A model generated the notes under the pieces. The model ran no database searches. It had not been told where the DNA came from and saw only the letters and a program-made list of their open reading frames with translations. This document shows positions 28,701 to 38,000 of a stretch of DNA of 64,000 nt, one piece after another. The translations under genes and the position numbers were made by a program. Source of the stretch: a virus (lineage: Duplodnaviria; Caudoviricetes). Each line of letters opens with the position of its first letter. Within the stretch, counting starts at the first letter, position 1. The DNA is taken from positions 82,264-146,263 of IMG/VR virus record IMGVR_UViG_3300026549_000039; one strand, written 5' to 3'.

Positions 28701-30658
28701 AAGATGTCACCATTCAAATAAATAGCACAATCCTGCAAATTTGGCCCAGATCGTCGTAATGTATATGAACATCCCGGGAGTGTACCACGCCAGTAGACAT
28801 AACTGTAATTCCAGTCGGGATGGACTGTAGCAGTATTATCGGTATAGACTACAGGATAGCCCTGGCTACGGGGTGTCAAACCAAAGCAGTTTACCATTGA
28901 GTAAAAATAGCTGCTTTCCCCTACTTTAGTAAAACCTTCATGGGATACAATTACACCCCAAGGATGGGCAACACCACTGGATCCAGAATACCTAAATTGA
29001 GTAGCGGTCATCTGGGTACCATCATAATTACCTGCTGTATAACCTTGACCTATAATGTCTTCACCACAAGGAAGAATGGTCTTCTTTGGCTTACCCTCCG
29101 GTGACAGAGCATGAATCCTGAGTACGGGTTCTGTACGTTTGGTCACAAGATGATCATAGGAGGAAAATCTAGGCCTGGATATAGGTAACGCATCACGCTT
29201 ACCCATATCAGTGGCAGCAGTCATGCCTTCACCCTCAAGCATGTTATTAAATCTATCAATCTGGCTCTCGATATATGGAATCGTATTCGCTGTTGGCACA
29301 AAAAACGATCCATATGAATAGTTACAGCTGTAAAGGGGATATGTGTAATTATCTACATTAAGGGGTGTAAATCCCGTAGAAATAGTGCCACCAACAGATA
29401 CAGTCTGCCAGGATCCATAAGGTCCTACCACAGGCAAAATTTTAGAATCAAGAACCTCTGTATGATCCTGATTCATATAAACCTGGGCTACAGATTCAAC
29501 AATAGCATTCTGCCATACAGCCTGGCAGGCCATAGGAATGAAAACACTATCATCAAGCTCTGGTATTAACAGGCTACCAGTAAGAGGGTAAAGAGCTAGG
29601 TAGTATTTGTAGTCTGTACCACTACCCGTAGCGTTGGCTATTGGCGGCACCAAAGGTTTAGATGACCACAAAACTGTAGCATGGAAGTCATTAAGATCAA
29701 AGGCAACCAGCGCCTTGTAAAGACAACCTTGATCATAAACCGGTCTAACAGCCTGACTAGCTAGATAGGAACTCTCAGTTTGACCAGAAATCTGCTGTAG
29801 CTCGATTAAGAAGGTATGCTGGTCTGTAAATCCTAGAAATTTATACCCGATCCACCCAGAAGCACTTATATTCGTAACGCCCGCCGTGTAAATATTAAAT
29901 GTAGATATCTCTGTAACAGCACCACTGTTTTTATTCACACCATATATACACAGGGCTGATGGCGAGGACCCAAAGTTCCTATTTCTAGGCCAGGCATACA
30001 AGAAATACAATGATGTAGCATCCTGGTATAAATACTCAACAGGCAAAAAGGTCCAACCGAAAAGACCGGGTGCTGGGTTAGCAGTACCATATGAAGAGTC
30101 AACAGCCGTTGTATTCTCGGTGGTAGTATGACGCCACACAGTCTCACGTGTTGTAGTGTTGATCTTGGCCATACCAAAGAACTGATTCTTGTTCGGGCCA
30201 GATATAACAGCATACACGATGGATGAATCATTTGTGTCACGAATGACAGACATGGGACGGGCTCTTCGTCCGATGGTGCCACCCACAACAGCCCTATTTT
30301 TAAGGACAACTTCATCCGAATATGCGTTTAGGCTACTAACAACCTGAAATTGGCCTCCAAAGTAGCCAAGTAGTCCAGAATGAATCATGTTGGCGTTAAG
30401 CATAGAGGCATTGAGGGAATTCTGTTGGGTAGTAGCGTAGTCTGAAAGCGCCAAAGATTCCGTGTCAGTGTATAGACCAAAGTACCCATTCCTGACCGAT
30501 GCGAGCAGTTCTTTAGAATACTCAAATCCGCCAATCAGGTAGTTGTATGGCATCTCAAGAAATGATGTAGTAGAACCTCCTGCTACAAAGCGCCTGTTTG
30601 GTACAGCACGATAGTAGGCTGGCTCTATAGGTGTTCTGAGGATTTCTGGCATCTTCAA
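25787..30658 (-). CDS. Large tail appendage/receptor-binding protein with several discoidin (F5/8C)-like domains
   Basis: Repeated motifs such as P..W...GS.D...W..ID and YRYFRV; position after the tape measure. Confidence 0.7.
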   Translation of the reverse strand: MKMPEILRTPIEPAYYRAVPNRRFVAGGSTTSFLEMPYNYLIGGFEYSKELLASVRNGYFGLYTDTESLALSDYATTQQNSLNASMLNANMIHSGLLGYFGGQFQVVSSLNAYSDEVVLKNRAVVGGTIGRRARPMSVIRDTNDSSIVYAVISGPNKNQFFGMAKINTTTRETVWRHTTTENTTAVDSSYGTANPAPGLFGWTFLPVEYLYQDATSLYFLYAWPRNRNFGSSPSALCIYGVNKNSGAVTEISTFNIYTAGVTNISASGWIGYKFLGFTDQHTFLIELQQISGQTESSYLASQAVRPVYDQGCLYKALVAFDLNDFHATVLWSSKPLVPPIANATGSGTDYKYYLALYPLTGSLLIPELDDSVFIPMACQAVWQNAIVESVAQVYMNQDHTEVLDSKILPVVGPYGSWQTVSVGGTISTGFTPLNVDNYTYPLYSCNYSYGSFFVPTANTIPYIESQIDRFNNMLEGEGMTAATDMGKRDALPISRPRFSSYDHLVTKRTEPVLRIHALSPEGKPKKTILPCGEDIIGQGYTAGNYDGTQMTATQFRYSGSSGVAHPWGVIVSHEGFTKVGESSYFYSMVNCFGLTPRSQGYPVVYTDNTATVHPDWNYSYVYWRGTLPGCSYTLRRSGPNLQDCAIYLNGDIFPIYAVSYSINPHPVHRDAAPISWYIEAHDVATDTWIEVDRQENVALSYPPRFVRGDYCAAGLYTLNQSNGCAEYKQYRNYFILKDMRVKCPQGAHAFRITFTDSANGTDIVVGSWMIQEEPWPWKQAQVPEATHLYSGSKPAYSYGAAGISSATNGVYASSPKSIQCFNSSTSYFPIPPACLSIVGPRTCAHVPPCYNENQDSTTLPYFNNGVYMYSSASGLSNALYMSLTFNQAIEVIGLQFTMLGIRVNPSSGYGSGVPSSVIITASIDNSNWDTIATIPLNHLPGLESSYVSPTPVWSKTYLYEFDAPRTYRFFRATCGGSAVGSGSSNQKRMWTVQNFSAIQKRNPEFAKTAMPMQSVLDKHYFANSKSTLWSYTTTAMFDDPSRWVSSGFWDPWLTHAPATYGETPTGFTWGGFDAHGTLNCGYFASGYLPSNGTLTQDVICSAGYITQDKSVTLMASWKGMLSRRANLGLDGERPLADYANGTFTVEDQQFRKAVYADRVKIVAYSFIRSNYKAATLGLPYRWKVYGSVDGQTWTLIDEKEKTTWMSTETVVEFTVDTPDWYVYYKWEFLETSDGGLNLLSIDTFITGVDEDCPYIHTIVPRNGMVKYSSNAEVESGTIIRGLFTHDHVAWTGISKAVSLLYSDSDRVDIIVDQVVPLYTQSMVIALNPSMEDDELPNHIKIEGSTDKETWATVYEAQDLTWDMQDLYRKRVMLSTPGIYRYFRVIFYKPTIPWTELTEYWLLNTKAVSLTSSTQSDQSLFKIKSGEALVHTASDVYAPVANLWLSDSSLATVHSQSIVVRKLNPLSQKMEITRTLAAPNNNSILGSVLDSGKNIWYWTNTASNIASAHNPVEVTGEPDGYCALCVHSSFSAETVHVKFQESAVEYDGTPLLLKLSTWVENPMAEDADKRVSREVKLTLTGGSAKFVSNGEDTITVTTTAGADTELEFRASGPDRVSVVATLLK

Positions 30659-30679
30659 TCTTCCTCCTTACATGGTTAT

Positions 30680-32674
30680 CTAATCAGCTGTTAAGGCCAT
30701 AGTAATACTAGCATCGCCTACACCAGTGATGATAAAAGGTATGCGAACTAGCTGATGTGTCGATGTTTTAGCAAGAACAGCTTTGCTATTGGTGGATTTA
30801 AACTTCATTGGTCCTACAGCAGTCAATCGCACATCTCTTTCAATAGGATCGCCTAGGTCACCTATAGTTTGGATGTCAACATACGTTTCTATCTCTGTGC
30901 CAGAGAAAGTATACACCATGTTCTCAGGAACAATAACCATCCTAGACACTGTAAAACTGTTAATGAAGTATAGAGATGATTGCCTCATCTCCGGGTGCAT
31001 AGCATCTATGCCTGTCTCCAAGAACCACAAGTTTGACAACTCATCTACACAAGCATAGCTAAAGGAATTAGAATTGGAGGCAGGTACCACATTCTTCAAC
31101 ATATCCAGTTTACCTGTTTCCAGATCTATAGAGTATATCCGAATGCGATTGAGTCTAGCAGCCACAAACACATTATGTTTAAGCCATAGCATATCAGTAC
31201 AAACCATAGACATACTGTCTACAAGCTGTAAAGTATCATTATCTACGAACTTAAAAATGGCTACGTAACCGTACAAATCATTTTGGCCTCTAACGTCGTT
31301 CGTATTATAGATTGGATTGGTATATATCATAAGGAACTTCGTATTAGCTCCATACAACACATAAAACTTAGAGAAGGATAAGCTGGTCATTTGGTGTAAG
31401 TTGACCCAATCCAGGTAGCTCATTTCCAGGCCATCCTTGTTCAGGACAGTCATGGGTTCAAAACGCTGTGCTCCATCCTGTAAGATATACTTGTAAATAC
31501 CCAGCGCATCGTCTGCACCATTCCAGTTTATGAAGGTACCACCAAAACCATAACAGGTTATAGAATCAGTTATGGTTCTATCTGGACTGGATGGCTTTGG
31601 TAAATAAGTAGCTAAACCATAGGATGAAATAGGGTTCATATAAAACGTTGTGCCAAACGGCTTCCTAGCATGAACAAGAGGTGTACCATTAGGATGTAAT
31701 GTTGTATGCGTTGCCCTGTCATAGTAAAAATACCCAATCCTATAGCTGGTCTCTGGATTCGATGTGGTGTTGGCCGTCATATTGACAGTATCAAACCGGG
31801 ACATCAAAAATATATCCCGATCATTTTCATCCATACCAATATACTGACAATCATGTGCGTCTCCAGGACTTATAAAAGAAGCATTATTGATGGCACCTGT
31901 ACCAACATTAACAGGATAATAGGTTGGACCTCCTACAAGATCGCCTGTTTCAGTTGAAACCCTAATAATACCCCAATAGGCCCTGCTATGATATGGATAG
32001 GTATACATACGCCGTGTCATTGCCACTCCACTTACAGTTCCATTGGAGGTAGTATATGCAACTCCAGGTATACCCTGTACACCATCGCCGCAGAACAGTA
32101 TGTACAACATACCATCCTGTATGGCAAAAATATTCATTCTAACAAAGGCTTCACTACCAATATTCTTCCTGCACCATATAACCTTATGGGTCTCTGTATC
32201 ATACTTAATCAGGAAGGTATTATCGCCTATACTGTCGCCGTTAAACTGTGTGTAGACTATGTTTGGCTCTATGGGATCCCTTACATAGGCTTTTGGCACG
32301 CTGTCCATATTATTAGTTGGACTGACAAACCGTACAGGGAAGAAGCCAAAGAGCATAAAACCACACTGACCCATAACTGAACCAGTACAAAATGTCTTAA
32401 AGAACTGGTTGTTGTTATAGGTAGTAGAAAATTCAGTAGTAGCGTTAGTACTAATTGGGTCTAGGCTGCTAAAGCTACTACCTGTAACATTTTTACCCCT
32501 CAAAGCCAACCTACCTGTGGATACTATAGGTGTATCATATCCACCAACAGGCATTACTGTATGCTTATTCATCAGCATAGTACCGATCCAGTAGTGGTCT
32601 GGAAGTTCCCAGAACTGGTTCTGGATGATGCTGTCATTTTGGGAACGTCTAAACAACGCCATCTGCTCTCTCAC
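30680..32674 (-). CDS. Tail appendage protein, paralog of 25787-30658
   Basis: Shared N- and C-terminal sequence blocks. Confidence 0.65.
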   Translation of the reverse strand: MREQMALFRRSQNDSIIQNQFWELPDHYWIGTMLMNKHTVMPVGGYDTPIVSTGRLALRGKNVTGSSFSSLDPISTNATTEFSTTYNNNQFFKTFCTGSVMGQCGFMLFGFFPVRFVSPTNNMDSVPKAYVRDPIEPNIVYTQFNGDSIGDNTFLIKYDTETHKVIWCRKNIGSEAFVRMNIFAIQDGMLYILFCGDGVQGIPGVAYTTSNGTVSGVAMTRRMYTYPYHSRAYWGIIRVSTETGDLVGGPTYYPVNVGTGAINNASFISPGDAHDCQYIGMDENDRDIFLMSRFDTVNMTANTTSNPETSYRIGYFYYDRATHTTLHPNGTPLVHARKPFGTTFYMNPISSYGLATYLPKPSSPDRTITDSITCYGFGGTFINWNGADDALGIYKYILQDGAQRFEPMTVLNKDGLEMSYLDWVNLHQMTSLSFSKFYVLYGANTKFLMIYTNPIYNTNDVRGQNDLYGYVAIFKFVDNDTLQLVDSMSMVCTDMLWLKHNVFVAARLNRIRIYSIDLETGKLDMLKNVVPASNSNSFSYACVDELSNLWFLETGIDAMHPEMRQSSLYFINSFTVSRMVIVPENMVYTFSGTEIETYVDIQTIGDLGDPIERDVRLTAVGPMKFKSTNSKAVLAKTSTHQLVRIPFIITGVGDASITMALTAD

Positions 32675-34875
32675 TCCTTAAATTTGTAAGCTGTAACTTG
32701 AATGCTGATCGTCGCCTCAACACTACCAGGAGTCGTAGTAACTAACTTTATGTCCTCCCTATGAAGATCAATCAACGTATCTGTACCAGGAGCTAGTTCA
32801 AATCTATAAAGTACTGTTCCACGTTTGTCTATGACGCTTACCTCAGCAGTATCATTAGTCAGTACATTTCTTAACAGAATGTTGCCTGTTATCATGTAGT
32901 CCGTAGACGCTATGGTAGCATCAATCCATGCTGGGAAATCAAATAGGTTACCAGTAGTATCTTCCGTTGGATCAACCTCAATAGTAAAGCGCTTAATCTT
33001 GCCGATAACGATATACTTCTTCGTCTTATCGACAGGATCAGTATACTCGTATACATCCAAGCCACTATCGGGCCCTGGATCAGTATCCAGGATGGTCGGG
33101 TTCAGCTTACCAGACAGAACTTCGATTAGAAGGTCAATTTGATAAGAGCCGCGACACTGTAAAACCCAGTCTGTAGATATTGCTGGAATAGTCATTGAAC
33201 TATTAGCAGGTAGAGTATCAGTAGCCCTAACTACTCCATTATGTAAGATATTAAACTGTAGAGCAGCCACTCTGGAAGTATTTGTAATAGTTAGAACCTG
33301 CTTCAACATATAAGGACTGGATTTCCAGTCATCGGTTTGGAAGATGTCTTCCATAACGCGATCAAAGCTGCAAGCCTCTGTTAAAGCCTGTGTAGAATCT
33401 ACAAACTGGCGCTCTTCTCTTTTGACACTAACAGCTTCAATGGTTATAGAATCTCCGCCACCGCCATCACCTGACCCAGTTCCCATATATATCTCTGTAA
33501 GGATGATGAAAGCGTTGCTGCTAATCGCTAATGCGGATGGATGTTTGTGCGTATCATTTTCAGCGGCCTTCCACCGCATTTCACCAGCATCATCCTGGTA
33601 ATAAACAGTACCTGGTGTGAGAATCCACCGGCTGTAGTTCGTAAAAACTCCGCCTACCTGTACATCAACCTGCTGCCAGGCGTTACAGTTAGCTAGAGCG
33701 AATCCTATAGCCTTACCGCCGTCTTTGGTTGCTGGTGATACGCGACCATTTTCATTCATCCATACCAGTTGACCAGCCCCAATAGCCTCAGCTGCTGTCG
33801 CTGTTATGTACTGTTTATTTACATTAACCTCTGGTATCTCCTGCTGTTTTGCTATAAGCAGCAAAATACCATTTGGTTGCACATACCATAATGTCTTATG
33901 GTACTCGTCATAGACTAGCCTACCAATACCAGCTTCCTGTGCTGGTAACAAATACTGGCTGTTGTCTTCTGGGTGCCTCTGTAGAGTCCAAACTGGTGGC
34001 ACGCTAGGATCTATAATTCCACCTGTAATAATATTTCCTAGAGTTCCAGCCAGTAAGTCATCCCAATTATTAGCTGAGCTGCTATCTATAAACTCTCCAC
34101 CTGTAGCCCAAGCTGTTGGAGCATAGTAGCTCTGGTCCTTGGCTATAACGATTAGGGTTATGTCATTCGATACAAGCAAAGACTGGACATCAGGCGGTGT
34201 AAGGGGGTCGCCTTCTCTACCAGTATCCGTAACGAGTACTATGAACTTCTTAGTATCGTCGCGGAACTTGTATGTTTCTACACCCCACTTTATAGCAGAC
34301 GCTGCCTGTGCATTTGAGCTGCCACTTACAATATTCGTAGCTAAGTTAGAGAACATTGAAATAGCAGCGCTGCTATAGTTAGCCCAAGGCGATGACCCGA
34401 CCATAAGCTGTTTATGGTTGACCATGTAGGCCCCTAATCCTACGCGCAGGTCATCGACACCATCCCCGTCTAGCTTAGTAAACAGCCCAGCTATACTAGC
34501 TTTCAGCTTGGCTATATCAGGAGACATCGACCCAGATACATCTACAAGGAACAATATGTCTCCGCCTGATGTAGTGCGGTCAGAGACATATACCCTGTCA
34601 CTAGCTATATCGTATATAGGCCTTGTGGGCTTAGCATTCGACCTGGAATCGCCAAGCTCAGAAACATCCTGCGCTACCGTGGCTAACCTTACGATATAAT
34701 CCGTTTCGTATTTATCCGTATCATCTTCTGATACAAACGCAAGTTGACCAAGACGACCGGTAGGCAGTAATGGGTTGGGATCTTCTACAATATTACCTTC
34801 AGGAGTAGTCAGCAGCGGCCTGTTGCCTATTGCATTCTCTACATACACAAAGCGTAAGTATGGCCTACCTTCCAT
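32671..34875 (-). CDS. vWA-domain virion protein with cement-like domain
   Basis: MIDAS DILFLVDVSGSM and IVLVTD; later ATAAEAIGAGQLVW...AIGFAL...TPGTVYYQ. Confidence 0.75.
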   Translation of the reverse strand: MEGRPYLRFVYVENAIGNRPLLTTPEGNIVEDPNPLLPTGRLGQLAFVSEDDTDKYETDYIVRLATVAQDVSELGDSRSNAKPTRPIYDIASDRVYVSDRTTSGGDILFLVDVSGSMSPDIAKLKASIAGLFTKLDGDGVDDLRVGLGAYMVNHKQLMVGSSPWANYSSAAISMFSNLATNIVSGSSNAQAASAIKWGVETYKFRDDTKKFIVLVTDTGREGDPLTPPDVQSLLVSNDITLIVIAKDQSYYAPTAWATGGEFIDSSSANNWDDLLAGTLGNIITGGIIDPSVPPVWTLQRHPEDNSQYLLPAQEAGIGRLVYDEYHKTLWYVQPNGILLLIAKQQEIPEVNVNKQYITATAAEAIGAGQLVWMNENGRVSPATKDGGKAIGFALANCNAWQQVDVQVGGVFTNYSRWILTPGTVYYQDDAGEMRWKAAENDTHKHPSALAISSNAFIILTEIYMGTGSGDGGGGDSITIEAVSVKREERQFVDSTQALTEACSFDRVMEDIFQTDDWKSSPYMLKQVLTITNTSRVAALQFNILHNGVVRATDTLPANSSMTIPAISTDWVLQCRGSYQIDLLIEVLSGKLNPTILDTDPGPDSGLDVYEYTDPVDKTKKYIVIGKIKRFTIEVDPTEDTTGNLFDFPAWIDATIASTDYMITGNILLRNVLTNDTAEVSVIDKRGTVLYRFELAPGTDTLIDLHREDIKLVTTTPGSVEATISIQVTAYKFKE

Positions 34876-35091
34876 AATTGACCAACACCACCTTTCCTGC
34901 TATTATACAGGACACAGGCATAGATTCCCAACTATGTCCCGTGCCCAGTATGCGGAATGTCCAATTCTGTGCCCATTTTAACACTCTCCTTATGGTATGC
35001 CGAGTAGCTGTCTCAGGGCTACTCGGCGCTTACTATTCCGTTCTTCAGGGTGGAATGATTCTGTCAAGTAATTACTATAGCAGGTTGAAAC

Positions 35092-38000
35092 TCATACACG
35101 AGCCCCGATAACTTTAGAGGCTTCACGTGTCCAAGCTGTAAACAGCTCAGTAACTACTCTTTCAAGTTCTCTCCTGTGTGACGCCATAGCTAAGGCGGCA
35201 TCGGTGGTAATGTTAAAAGTGCTATTGAACTTAACAATTTTAACGGATTCGCTACTAACCGGAGGGGAAAATTCGTAATATGGAGTAGCCGTGCTTGGAT
35301 CCTGGTAACTCCAAGTAAAGCCTTGAGCGTTAATAGCATCACGCTGTTGCTTGAGCTGTTCTTCCTCCATCTCATTCACCCAATCACTGAACAAACCACC
35401 AATCAGGAAGCCTATGACATTACCAATCAAACCGGAGATCATTGGAGCCAAAATACCGCCAAGAGACTGACCAAGAATGCTGCCTACCCCGTCCATAGTA
35501 TCATTGAAGAACGAAGTAATAGCCTGTGTCATCTGATCAGCAATCAGCCTCTGGATACCCTGGCTTACGCTCTTAGCTACAGTCATCTTCATATTCTTCA
35601 GAAGAGCCTTGTAACCTTCCTCAGTGAAGCCATGCTCGATACCGATGTTGAAGCCTTCCTCCCAGCCAGACGTGAGCGCTGATTTAATCTCGTCCATCAT
35701 CATCTGCCTGGACTTGTCTAGGGCTTCCAGCTCCTTCTTGAAGTACTCAGCGTACTTATCACCATAGGATCGAATCATTTCCTGAAGTTCCGCTGAATTG
35801 ATTTCAGATTCGGAGAAACCAGCATCACGGAACATCTGTGTGATTTCTTCAATCTTCTGGTCAATAGTCTCCTTAGCCTTTTCAAGAAGTTCTTTACGGT
35901 CCCTAAACGAAGTACCAAACGTCTTACCAAGAATGGGGTCGTGGATCTTCTGACCAGGAAGGATACGGTCCATATTGAAGTTATCCAAGGCTTCCTTGAT
36001 TTCCTTATCAGCGCTGGCTAAGACAGATTTAAATCCATCTATAGACTGAGCCTTCAGCTGGTCTAACGCTGTTTTCTTACCAGCGTCAGACAATTCAGTG
36101 TTTGACTCAATAGCCCTGCGCTGTTCAGCAATCTTGGCTGTGAACGACTCCATATTCTGCTGAATCTTCTGTGTACCAGACTCCAAAGCACCAGCGATGT
36201 TATTAAGGCCGTACTCAAGGTGCTTATGGGCTGCTGTGAAGTACTGAGGATTGGACTGTCTAAACTGCCTGTCGTATTCCTCCAACGGATTACTCTTGTT
36301 CTGAAGATCAATCTGCTTTTTCAAGTCAGATGTGATATTCTTCACAATCTGTTCCTGGCGAGACAGGAGCTTATTCTCCCAAGCAATCTGTTCTGCCCGC
36401 TCCTTTATAGGATCACCCTTGGCCTCGGACATCTTCATGTCGTGAATCTCTTTCTCTTTGGCATATATCTGGTCGAGCAGTTCATTTCTACGTTCTGCAC
36501 CAAAGAGATCAACATTCATGTCAGCCCTCTTCTTAAGGAGGTCAATCTCGTGCTCGACTTCCTGCTTCTTAGCAGCATTTAGCTTAAGCTGGATTTCCCA
36601 CTCAAGTTTAACCCTCTGAAGAGCAGCCTTTTCGATATCCTTCTTAACCTTAGCAATATCCTTTGGATCCTTCAGCTTACTGAGAACCTTAGCCAACTCC
36701 TGCTCATAGTGCTTGATCTCTTCGATCTGAGCCCTCATGTAGTCCACAGTACCTGTACGATCAAGATACTCTATGATATTGCCTTCGCTGTCCTTAATAG
36801 TCCTGAAGGCAATTTCAAGAGCTGACATACGTTCTGCGTGCTCGCTGGCAAGCTGCTGAAGAAGGTCTTTTTCTGCCTTGTTAGCTCCGCCACCGCCGCC
36901 TCTACGCTTTCGTCCACCGCCACCTTTAGGTTTCGACCATCGTTCCCAGTCTCTCCTTTGAGCCTGATTACCCCTATTTGCATTTTTAAGGGCATTAGCT
37001 GCCCTCTTTGACTCTTTCTCGATAATCTGCCCGGCTTCAGTACCAGCAGCTGTAGCCACTGCGACCTCCTTTGCTACAGCGGCAGCACCAGACTCAATAC
37101 CCTTAATCATATTCTCCCTTAGCGTCTTGATGATAGCATTAACAGCCTTGCGCCCTGTTTCATCCAACATACGTATCATGCTGTTCAAGACATCACACAA
37201 GATGTTAATGGACTTGAGAGCAGCTTGCTTGGCCCTAGCTTGCTTCTCGGCATCATCGCCAGCTTCAGTCATAGCTTTCTGGTACTCTTGGGCTATCTTA
37301 TCAATCTCGTCCCAGATACCGGTAAGGCGTCGCTGGTTTTCCTCTTGCATCTGTATGGCTTCCTCACGTGATACACCAAACTCAGCCATAATCTCGTCAA
37401 TGGTTGCCCAGTGGTCGCCCATGTTCATAATGAGAGCTAACGATTCTTGGTCTAGCTGGATCAAATTAGCAATAGTTTGAGCAAAATAGGTATTAACAAG
37501 CTCATCCATCATATCATGTAGGATATCGAGCTGTTCCTGAGCCCTAGTAGCTTCTTCCTCGTAGGCAGCTATTATTTTTTCATGTGCCTCCTTTGCAGCC
37601 TCCTTGTTATCATCAGCTTTGGCGTCATTATACTCGACTTGAAGATCGGCTATCCGCTCCTCGTTCTCGGCATTATCGCGCTTCATCGTTTCAAGCCTAG
37701 ACTCCAAGGACTTGATTCTACTCTCAGTAACATCTGTGGCCTTAACGGTAGTCATGGCCTCAACCTGAGCCTGAGAATCTTTAAGGTTCTCTTGCTTCTC
37801 AGCGAGTTCTTTTGTACTCTTAGCCAACTGCTCCGTAGCAGTAACAGTACGTGTATTTGCATCAGCACGCACAGCCGCCTGATTCAACAGCTCTGCTGCC
37901 TCCGCTGCTCTACTCGCATTAGACTTAGACAACTCCGATATTGCGGCAAGCCAGGCATCGGTAAGCTGTTTATACGTAGCATTCTCGATAGAAATACCAT

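Noticed and set aside
25787-34875. Diversity-generating retroelement or invertase shufflon in the tail genes
   Set aside because: No reverse transcriptase, invertase or TR/VR nucleotide repeat pair seen; the paralogy is old and visible only at protein level
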